The notes under the pieces were generated by a model. The model was not told the origin of the DNA. It worked only from the letters and a program-made list of their open reading frames with translations, and ran no database searches. Below, in pieces: positions 13,996 to 25,163 of a DNA stretch of 64,000 nt (positions within the stretch are counted from its first letter, which is position 1; each line of letters opens with the position of its first letter). The position numbers were made by a program, and so were the translations under genes. Origin of the DNA: Marsupella aquatica (Eukaryota; Plantae; Marchantiophyta); NCBI GenBank assembly GCA_973895155.1, contig OZ316896.1, positions 14,356,684 through 14,420,683 on the forward strand. The letters are read 5' to 3'.

Positions 13996-16900
13996 TCTCT
14001 TCTCGTTGTAAACCCCTCTTCAACCCAGACAAGACACGTCACACGACAGAAACCAGAATTCCTCGTAATGGCAGTAAGACCTCCATCCCGTCACAGCTTC
14101 CTGAAGATCTGTCTGTACATATGGGCTCCCGACCATCCCAGCAGCAAGTCTCTCTCTCGGCAATGCGGGACCAAAGAATCACAGATACACTTTGCAGGCC
14201 CCCATCAGATGAATACCACACAGTACGTTGTCCGATTGCAGAAGACTCTGCTCCTCAATAGCAGAGTGCTGAAGCTAGCATACCCTGTCTTTCCAACAGA
14301 GGGGGAGCTAATGCTTTGACAAGTGACAACAAAGCAGGAACAGCTTCTCGAAACACTCTCTACTGCTTCATCTACAGACCTCGGTTGACGAATGATCTAC
14401 CCTTCTACGAGAGTTTGAACAACTGGGTCATGAATTCTCAGCCACCAGAACAGATGCTGACGAACATAGCATAGACTTAAGCCCAAACGGCGATGTTTAT
14501 CTGAGATCTCCCATTTACAGCAGGGCCAGGAGGTCTCGTCGGATCTGATGGATTGACAGGGAATTTAAGGTAGACCAGGGTGTATTGTGGATTATGGTGG
14601 TTTTGGCACTGCATGGCTGTTTGGGTACATGCTCCTGGACGCTTTTCATGAAGAGCACAGTCATCAGTTTTTTATCATTACCACTATAAATAGAGTCCGG
14701 CCGAACTGCAGTAATCACGGCTTCAGTTTCATTGGAGGATTATTGCTGTGTCTCTCTCAATTGGCGCAGTGAAAGGAACGCTGGTAAAAATTGGAGGATT
14801 ATTACTGTGTCTCTCTCAATTGACGCAGTGAAAGGAACACTGGTAAAAATCTCAGGCTCATCCAGATTGCCGCCTAAGAGCATCTCGAGCAGTTGTGTGG
14901 CAAAAGGTGTTCATCCGCCATTTCTCATGTTAACCTACTGATTTAGAGACCCTGAAAAAAACCAGCCCACATAATTCCATGAATTACCACCGGCGCACTC
15001 CATAAAACGGCTTCCATGTCAGTTGTTGCAAAGTTGTTGCAAAGTTCAGACACAGAACTATTCTCTATGAGGCATTTAGTTTTAGAGTTACATGTAACCA
15101 CAATTAGTATACCAGAGTCAGGTTCTTGGTTAAGATTAGATGTGTTGTTATTATATTGACTGCACTAATTAATGAGGTGAAACTTAAGCTCATTATTACG
15201 AAACTAGTTGAAAAATAAATAAAGTTGTGAAGAATTTATATGACCATGATCATGGACTTAGAGTTCAATAAAGTTCTCCATTGTGTTCCAGTGTACCTGG
15301 CTTTTGGTGAGATGAATCACATATCTGGCTTTTGGTGAGATGAATCACATATCTCTTGTGTCAACTATTATGAGTGTTTGTTGGATGTTGCATATATGCA
15401 TACTGTCTTATAGGTAACGATTGTTTACTCAACATACTCTTCTTGCCATGAGCTTCTCATCATGAGACATGTCATGGCTAGTAGAATGTCACTTGATATG
15501 GGGACGCATTTTGCGTTCACCTAGGGTGACCACCAAAGCTCCCAAATGTAGCAGCCTCCTATTTCTACCAGCCTCCATCCATTTGTAGATACAGGTTGAC
15601 TGTGGGGAGGTCTGCCCCCAAGAGTGATTGATGCAAGAGTCAGCACCTCTGAAATTGGGAGAGCTGCACTTGACATCTCCAAGTCTCAATACAGCATATC
15701 CCAATTTCCAGGGAGAGCTGAACCCTGTACATGAGTGTCATAAGAGCAACTTTCAAGTTCCAACAATATGAGGGGTTGCTTAAGGAATTTGAGATGCACA
15801 TTTAGCAAAAACTATAGTGGGAAAAAAATTTGCCCTAGGACTTTTTCTGACAACATACAGTCAAACATTGGTTCAGAAACTAAGGTCCTTGAAGGCCCCA
15901 AAACTTTCATTTTGAGTATTCATTGAAGGCGAAACAGACCAATCTAGTCAAAGGGCCAAACAAAGTAAAATACAGTAAAATTAAAGATGTCCACATAGTC
16001 CACAGTACAAACACCAAACACAAAAGAAGAGGGCAAGTGCAAGCTCCACATACCTAGAAAAGGGAAGAAATACGAGATAATGATCTATGCTGACAAGTGT
16101 GTTGATCTAATGGTCCACATAGATTTGTAATGAAGTGTGCAAGTGGGGCATGGCTGTCATCTAAGAGGCGAGCATCTACTTAGTCCTAAACTTTAAACAT
16201 CACTGAAATCAGCTAACAAAAGTGCTTTATGAAAACAGATGGCTGTGGTCCTATTCAATCCACGATCCTAGAGTGTCTAGAGCTACCTGTTCAGGAGCCC
16301 ATCAACTGATGATAGTCTTCTAAAGTGTCTCACTAACAAAGTACAAGAATTTTCGAATGACCCTTTGTGTATCTCTTTTATTTTGTTGTTATGGCACGAC
16401 CCTTTTGTATATTTTGTTGTTATGGCACAACCCTTGTGTATATTTTGTTGTTATGGCTAGCACTCATCCCTCTTGTACTGTCGCTCATCCCTCTTTTACT
16501 GTGGCCAGGCCGCACATGTCATGGAAACATCTTCCAACAAAGAGAATATTAACTTTTGCCTTACTTTCGTCCATAGACAGTACATCGAATTTCTTTGGTT
16601 AACTTTGCTCCCTTCTCCAATAGGGCCCCTTTCCCAGTAGAAAATATCAGCTTCCTTCGGTCTTTTAGAAAAACTTAAAGAATGCGTTATACGTGCTCTC
16701 TATAAAACCCTAAACGAGACCAACACTCTAAGAAGGATTACAATGTTCTCTGTAAACACTAAACGGAAATTTCGCCGATGCAATGTTTGTAGAATCATCG
16801 ATGGTGCCATTGTTTTCACAGAACTTTTACGTGTTCTAACAACCAAACAAAAGTGGCTCTCCAGCCAGCGTGTTCAAACTCTGCAATTGCGTCAAACGAT

Positions 16901-18943
16901 TTGTGCCAGGAAATTTCGATGGACTCTGCAGACAGGTGATTGACGGTACAATGAACAAATGAACCAATGCAAAAGTCGGCCACCGACATTCCCGCAGCAC
17001 TTGAATTCTGCTTGAACTCAATATTGGGCTTTCATGGCCCGCAGCACTTGAATTCTGCTTGAACTCAATATTGGGCTTTCATGGCTTTCTGTCGTCCTCA
17101 TGAGATAGAATCCGTGTCTTCAAAACGTAAGTGGAGATTTTTTGGTCCTTCCAAGTAAAGCCTCCATGGAGTCGAAGGTAAAAAAACTCTACCTTCCAAA
17201 CTGCTGACTGCAGTCTAAATAAAAAACTTGATATGAAAATTGAATGAACGAAGTTATGGAAGATCACTTTCGGGCCAACTTGAAAAGGGTTCCGATTGCC
17301 ACATCGACACGGTCTCCAATAAACTTTGGAAATCTGGTTCACCTAATAGCACTAAGAGGACAACAATGTAGGTCAGAAAGACGAACATTACCCTTCCATC
17401 CAATCTACTCTGCATCTCTGACTGAAACCTGTGAATGTTACGCATAGATAACAAGTGACAGGGAAGCAGTCACAAATATAATGCGCTGAATGATATTTCA
17501 AGTGAAGCCACGCTACTACTGAGTAAATCTAATTAGGGTCTCCCTACCTTCTCAGCAACTAACTATTCCTATAACAAGTTATGGAGTTCACAATCTAAAA
17601 CTAGATTGCTACTTAAAATTGCCATACATGTTTATTCTCAATTACTACCGATCGCAGAACTTTGACCTCTCAATGTACATCTCAGAGATATCAAAACTGT
17701 TGACTCACATTCAATGAGCCCGATGTCACCTGTACAGAATGTATCAATTTTCTAAAAAAATCAGATAGGAAAGAACCAAGATCTTCCCATAGCATTTTGC
17801 AAGACAAAATAATGAAAAGCCAGCCTTTCTTCAAGTCGGACAGCGCTTTGGGACGGGTGGTGGGCGTCCAACACCTGCAAAACATAAATATCCTTTTAGT
17901 CCCTAATCTCAGACGAGCTGAATTTTAAAATTCTTTGAAAAATCCACCAGAAACTACCACGACAGACACTCTGCCAAGATAATCTATTGAAAATGTAATG
18001 AACAACGGAAAAACCGACATCCACAAGTCCCTTATAGGATCAACCGATTATGCTGTCCACAAAGATAAATCAATTGCAGCAACTAACTGCATGCCAAGGA
18101 GACATGACAAGACGTGCAATTTTCAAATTCTAGCAAACCCAGAACGGTGCCAAGAACCCCTAGACCGGCGGCAGGAATATTATAAAAATTCAAGCAGCAT
18201 CTAATACGTGAAATCAGGCAAAAGTATTGCAGACGCCAGTGACAAGACGAGAGGTAAATCGCTTGATTGAATCTAGCAGAGTACGTGACTCAGGTGCAGA
18301 GTGTTATGAACTAGTCACAAGGATCAAAGCAGCGCCTCATGTATAAACAGTCCATCACATTCAATAACAAAACAACACAATTTGGCAGTTCATACCGACG
18401 ACGAGAAAACAACGACGACTACGTACGAGGTAAACTAACTAATCCTCTAACAAAAGGTGCCTTGACGACATGTAAAAAGAGAATCATGGGTTCGATATTA
18501 CCTAAACCTTCTAGGACAAATGAGTTGCAACGTTTTAGGCCATCCAAATTCTTTTACACGAAATCGTGTTTAATGTCACAGAACGTCAAAGTCATCTTCA
18601 CCCTAAAAGGAAGAGTAGATCAACTGCGATAGCGCCCCGTCTCATGTCCGCTACACAGTGTGGCTAGAACCTCAACCAATCTCACGCCGTAGGCGCGCAG
18701 AGAAAAGAGGAAAATTTCACGAACGCTCGTAAGCACCACATGGCGTATTCTAAAAGAAAACTACAAGGTTTGTACACCAAGAGAAGAAAACATCAAGACC
18801 GAATAGGATCTGCCTCACTGAAAAGACTGACATCTTGGGGGGCAGAGAAGACCTTCAAGATTTTCCTGCCATAGGATAAACATATTTGGCTAAGAGGATT
18901 CACAAACCGACACTTAGACCCAGGACTGGCAATTTACTCACCT

Positions 18944-19663
18944 CTACGCTCGAAAGCCCTGCTCTTCTTCCTTCTTGCTCCCGAAAAACCCACCAAACCA
19001 TGATGAGCCCCCACTACTGCTGCTGGTCGCCCCGCTGCCAGTCGTGGTGGTACCACTCTCCGACTCCAGCCTTTGGCCTTCATAAGTCCCCGTGGAAAAT
19101 TGTGGAACAGGAGGGGAGTCTGACATAGAAAAACTTGGTGCAGATTGGCCTGCTGGATAAGGCATTGTTGGCGCATAGGCCCCCCCAGCCCCAGCAGGTA
19201 TGGGCATCTGTGGCATGGGCTCTTCCAAAGGTGGGGGCTGCGCCATGTTTGCTGTCAACCGATTGAGCATGATTCCCGCGCCTTCAATGAGAGCCAGAAG
19301 GACACCTCCGAAAACTGCAGATCGAGCAGAAGACCTCATTCCTGCCCTAAGTTGGAGGAATCCACCGGTCGCTGCTCCTGCGGCGATGGAATTCCACGGA
19401 TCCTCCTTTTGTCTAAGATAGACCATCGAGCAATCGAAAGTGGAGAATAAACCCCCCCACACTGCAAAACTACCACCGATTCTAGGGGCATTGATCCGCA
19501 CTGCTTGAGTTCCCCCCAGGACCCTCTCCCCTCGAGGGGAATTCTTCATCCCCCTGATGAAATGCCACGCAGAGCCTCCCACCGCACCCATGCTGAACGC
19601 CCCGCCGATGTCATCCAGGATCCTGTCCGGACACGGCTCCCTCGCATGATCGGGAGTCCCCAT
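18944..19663 (-). CDS. TIM17: Mitochondrial inner-membrane translocase subunit TIM17 with long plant-type C-terminal extension
   Basis: DHAREPCPDRILDDIGGAFSMGAVGG, GGSFAVWGGLFSTFDC and RQKEDPWNSIAAGAATGG are Tim17 signatures. The coding region is a single exon. Confidence 0.97.
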   Translation of the reverse strand: MGTPDHAREPCPDRILDDIGGAFSMGAVGGSAWHFIRGMKNSPRGERVLGGTQAVRINAPRIGGSFAVWGGLFSTFDCSMVYLRQKEDPWNSIAAGAATGGFLQLRAGMRSSARSAVFGGVLLALIEGAGIMLNRLTANMAQPPPLEEPMPQMPIPAGAGGAYAPTMPYPAGQSAPSFSMSDSPPVPQFSTGTYEGQRLESESGTTTTGSGATSSSSGGSSWFGGFFGSKKEEEQGFRA

Positions 19664-20197
19664 CTCCTCCCCTCGATCCCAAACTCCCCGGCACCAGCAA
19701 GCGGAACCGTCTCCCTTCTACTAAACCCTCCCCGCTGCTCAAAATGCAGAACAGTCTCGCAAAGCACCAGGAAGCGAGCAATTCCAATACCAGATGGTGA
19801 TGCTCCTGCCTAGAGGCGCCCTGCTGCCGACGGAAGGCGACGACGATAATTGTCGACCAGTTTCAGAATCACGAGATCCCCTTCGCAAGTAAAGCAAAGC
19901 AAAGCTATAGCACTACAACCCTCTACAGTAGATTTGCCGTGCCTCCGGAAAACCTAAACGAAACTTCAAAGGGAGCGGAAACGTGCGATGTAACTGTAAA
20001 CCCCTCACCGTCAAAGCTTCATTGAGCATCATTGTGAGTACGATTTACACTGAAAACCCAAAACGCGAGAGACATGGACGTGGATCTCGAAGGAAGAAGG
20101 AGCGGACATGAATGAACAAACACAAACGACCTTCTTCTAGAGTGAGAATTGTCGCTGTTCCCGACGGAGTGACGGAGGAACGGCTGTAGCGTTTCTT

Positions 20198-20347
20198 AAA
20201 GTACGGGACCAGGAATGGGGCACGCACCCAGACTGGGCGTGGAAGAATTCTGTAAAGTACGGGACCAGGGATAGGGCACGCACCCAGACTGCCCGCGGAA
20301 GGATTTTGTAAAGTACGGTCCCAGGGACGGGGCACGAACCCAGACTG
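20198..20347. repeat. Tandem repeat, 56 bp x about 3, upstream of TIM17
   Basis: aaagtacgg..ccagg...ggggcacg.acccagactg at about 20198, 20254 and 20310. Confidence 0.85.
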
Positions 20348-23300
20348 CGTGCGGGACCTCGAGTCCCGACTCACGGGTCGACCGCAGGGTTTAAGACTAG
20401 ATATTAATATAATTACAGTAGTAGAGGACGCAAAGCGGATTTACACGGAGTTGCTAGTAGTGTAAAGTTGAAGCTCAGCATGCACGGTAGATGACTGTAG
20501 TTGCTGTTTTGAGACGCAGTTGTTACAATAACGTACAGTAGAAGAAACTGAAGCCAGGAGAACCACTATGTATAAGGCAATGTCGGATTGGTCTGGGGTT
20601 ACTGGTCTGTAACCCAGTGACCAGAAAGTGAAGAAATGCTGACCGGCAGCAGCCGGGAAGTTTTCTGAGCTTTGTGGAACAGGTTTCAGACAGTAACCCT
20701 AACCCAAACTGTCATTATCATACGTAATACCTGCCCGGAAAAAAGATTATCGAGCAATACTTTCTAGGCACAGGGTTATAAAAATGGTGGCACCTGGTAG
20801 AAAAGGTTACACACCGGTAACTTTTCTTCCTGACAAGAATTACATTGGACACTTTGGTGGTGAATGGGATTATGAAATTGTGGGGCCCATAGCTGGATGA
20901 ATATGAGCCCTAATTTAAGTGATGATTTTGCATCTGCAAGACAACTAGAAAATGAAGAGACAAGAAATAACACAAGCTCAAATAGTATCTTAGCATAATG
21001 AAAATTACTTTAGTGAGATTTGCCCCTTCCCATTTTTTTTATGCAAACTCATCTAAAATGGCCAAAACTGTCACTTTGATGGAAGTCTAGCCTACCCACT
21101 CCTCTACCATTCCCCCAACCTTAGGATATTTGAGTTTGTGAATATCAAATTATGAAAATTAAACTCAAATTTGCAGAAATGTAGTCCATGGGGCCCTTCA
21201 AATTTTGTTTTACATGGGCAAATGGTTAATATTTTTTAATTCAAATTAGTGTGAAATTAGCCCAATGCAAGAGGGTTCCACAATTGTCTTTGCAGGTGCA
21301 AATTTGATCTTACTACCAAAAATAAATAAATCATCTCAATGAGGATACAATGTGTAAGATGTTTGTATACAATGTGAGTTCAAGTTGTTCAATGGTCATG
21401 AAACTTCAGCTTTAATTAAGATACAAGGTGGTCACATAGCTAAATATAAACAAAATAATGCAAATATGATCATAAGTTGAAGAGAATACCACATGCAATC
21501 TTTATTCATGTTCAAGAAGGAACCTTATCATAGTAACCTTTTTTTTGTCAAACTTGCTTGACCCTCTTCAGAGTCTGCAGGTGTACTAGAGGGCAAGGCA
21601 GAAGGTGCACAGAGAGATGCAGGGAGGGTCGCAAGGTCATTTGGCCCCAGCGAGAATGGTGACAAAAAGAAATTTAAACAACCGGCTACAATCCCTTCCC
21701 ACCATTTTTGGTTCTGTCAAAACATGACACCCAACAAAAGGCATCAGTGCATATTATAGAGTTTGATACCCAATGCCTACAGTATGTAACACCAACTGTC
21801 ATTGCAACCAGGCATGTGGTTGTTGCAGTCATTTTGTCATTGCTACAACAATAGCAATGCAGGCATCAAAATGTCAAGGTGAGACAAGGAAGTGTTATCA
21901 TCCTTACTGTCTCATGCATCTGTGCAATCACTTTTGTGGGTGCAAAGCCTTGTCATTTCCAATGGGTAATTGTTGCTGAGAAATGTTATCATTTAGGTCA
22001 ATGTTGTTGTTGTGAAAGTGCTTTTGTTGAGGAGAGCAAGGGAGGGACAAGTGATGGCAACCATGGAGGCCAAGCATCCTCACTCACCATTAGGGAGATT
22101 TTTTTTCTCTATTCTGATTTTGGCCTTTTCCTTTTGTTTTTTTTTCACTGTGGGAAGGCATAGGGTAGCTCGGGCAAGCAGGTGAGGCATGACGGATGTA
22201 TGGCTCTATCTGAAGTGAGGAAATTAAACTTTTTCCTCTGAAGGGCTAGGATTGCTCCCACATTTGCTAATTTCAAAGACGCCCCCTTATATCCCCAGTT
22301 AAGGTGAGACATTCCATATATACATGAGGGAGATGTTATCAATTCCATGAGTGAGAGAAAGAAAGGTTTAAGGATTGTGGCAGCCCCTCCCCTTTTAACT
22401 AAGGTGCTTTTGTTTCTAAGTTTATGGTTTTGGGTGACCTGCATGTGAGTCAATATGTGATAAGTACATGAAAGGCCCATCATTCTTTCTAAATGGATTC
22501 ACAATCTTTTAGAAGCTTAGAAGTTGTCCATTAACAAAAATGACGTGTGAAGACTACTTTAAAAGAAAGGCCATGAGCACTGTCATTGAGGAGAAGACAC
22601 AAGTATCAAGTCACCCAAAACTAATTTATGCTCGTGTAAGGTACGTTGGTCAGGACAAAATTCATCCTTCCCCCGGAAAGGAAGGATGAATTATTCTACA
22701 CACAACATCAAAACAGTCTAGAAGGAAACACTGCAAGACTAACTAATTTACTTTCTTGTCGGGGAACCTCAGGTGTACCTTTAGTTTTTTGTAAGAAAAT
22801 AGGTTTGCTGATTCATCTAAGTACGAGAGCAATAAAGAGTTTTATCACGATTTGAGTAAGGATGTTACAAGTTGGAGCAACCTTTGTTACATGGTCCATA
22901 GATGATTCTAGCATTCACTCCTATGGAATTTTAAGCTTTTTCTTTATTTTCCAGAATTATGAATGCCCCCTTGTGTGAAGGAGGAGACATTCCTTATCTT
23001 TATTTCATAGATTATTCTCAAACTCTTTCATCTTCCTAGATATAAGGGGAGCCTTCAGATTCTGGTGTCCTGTGACTCAGTGAGCAACTACAGGGCAAAC
23101 AGCATGACAAAGGCTAGCCCGAAAAGGCTAAGGGTGCCTGTACAAGAAGGTGGGGGTACTTGTGAACTTTTGTCACCAAAGAACACTTCAGATACTATAG
23201 ATAGTGTACCCGGGCTAAAACGGGTTTCCAAAGTCATTGTATGGCCCCAGCCTCTTATAAGGCTAATCGGAGCAAGTGGTGCTAGAGAAAGTTTCTAAGA

Positions 23301-25163
23301 GACAAGTTGGGGACCCACTCCACCTAAAAGTCATGTAATTCTTTGGAGAGAGCCTTTCTAGCTTGGAGAGGAAAACATATGATCAAAAACTTGTGGGTCT
23401 ACTTTTAATGCAGCAAACTCACAGTTTGAATGGACCAAGCTGCCAGATAAAGAGAATGGACCTCGTTGCCACATGAAGAGACCTCTGACTAGAGATGATT
23501 AAAAAACTGATGCAAAAATGTGCTCCATATAAGCAAAATTTGAGCCCCCATTGGACACTTTAGAAAGAAAGTGCTCTCAAAGTTTTTTACAGTGAATTGC
23601 AACTATATCTCCCCAATTATTGGCCTAGTCACATCTTGGAGACAAGGACAAGGTCTAAATTGCCCAAGGCCTTGGAAAGTCACCCTCGTTTTGACAGAGA
23701 TGGGATCCCGCAAATTCTACCACTGAAAAGGTACACGCTGACGCGGACCTGCAATTTATTACAGGAGACTTTAGTGCTCTAAAAAGTGGACAACTTGACT
23801 ACAAAAAAGAGAGGCTTGACCTTTTGCAACGGAGAGATCTTATTTTGTAAAAGATTTTTTATTCTAAGCAGACTACAGTAGATGCCAGTCTTCGGGTGTT
23901 CTGGACCACAGTTCCAGGAGAACTCATTTATGATTCCTAAGTGGGTAAAGCAAGTGCCCAATTCTCTCGTTACCACACCACCATGTGAATCTGGTGAAAA
24001 TGGCTTCCGTTCTGTAACTTCTATGAAGGAGTCCCTCCGTTTTGGCAACTGAAATAAACCAAAACTGCCCTGACGGAACTAAACCCATTTCCTCTCAGCC
24101 CAACCCAACATAAACCTGTCCGCGCATCGGGCCTAAGGCTCACCAGCAGTAAACCCAAGACGCCCACCATGGTGGCAGTCACCATAGTCCCAGTCATTGC
24201 AGCACTGTTCACGATCAGTTGCTGCCTTTTTCAAAGAAACGTTTTTGAACAAATACATGCACCACCATGTCTTTGTTAAAAAAGCTGTGAATACGGAGTC
24301 AAAATGTTGTGGAACTGAGAAATGATGCTGCAAAAATTAAGTCCACTTTGTCATTTTCCATTTTTTGAAATAAAAGAATGGTGCTGCATGTATTCAACAA
24401 ATTTTGAATGAAGACATGTCAATGAAAGTCTTTACAAAGGGCAAAAACCAGTGGTGAAATGCTACAACAACCACAACCATGGCAATCAGGGCCACTGTGT
24501 GTGTCCTGGGTCTACTGTGGGTTAGACTGTGGCCGGATGGGTTTGTGCTGGGTTGGGTTAAGAGATGGAGGTTTAGTTCAGTCAGTTGCCTTTTGAGAAC
24601 AAGGGAAAAACATGTTACCAAATTTTACTTGTGGTTTGTTGTATGGTAAGTGGAGTGAGTGGGCCCTTGGTGGGTACTATTAAGAGTTATTAATGAGTTT
24701 TCCAAGAACCGTCGTCCAGAATCTTCGGGTGGTGTGCTTCAATGCGCACTACCGGTACACTACTGGATCTACTGGTACAGGGAGCAAACATGAAGTCTGG
24801 TGCCAGGAAGGATCATATTATCATAGCCTTTGACCTGAGTGACACCTTCATTAAAAGCAAAGCAAACCTCGAGAACGTGCTTCGCAGTTTCTCCAGGTTG
24901 TGAAAATCTTGTGCACCCGATCGACAAGTAATTATGCTACCTGAAGTGACGATGCGATGGCACTACATCCACCGCCACAAAATGCATTATCGACAGCGGA
25001 AGCTTGTGACATGTTGATTGTAGTCTCATGCAAAGGAAAGCAAGCTTGGGCATCGATCGATCTCGTACCCACCACAAGTCGGGCCACATATAGTCTTTTG
25101 AGGGAAAGTACTCACATCGGAGGCTGCTTCATCCGAAGGGACTTGAAAAACCTGACTTGTGCG

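Noticed and set aside
21540-24620. Possible decayed transposase region
   Set aside because: Only short broken ORFs, with no motif or termini I can identify confidently.
24957-25163. N-terminal extension of the 180-aa ORF
   Set aside because: It has no domain-like character. The ATG at 25164 (gcgATGt) directly starts the helical domain. An upstream start is not strictly excluded.
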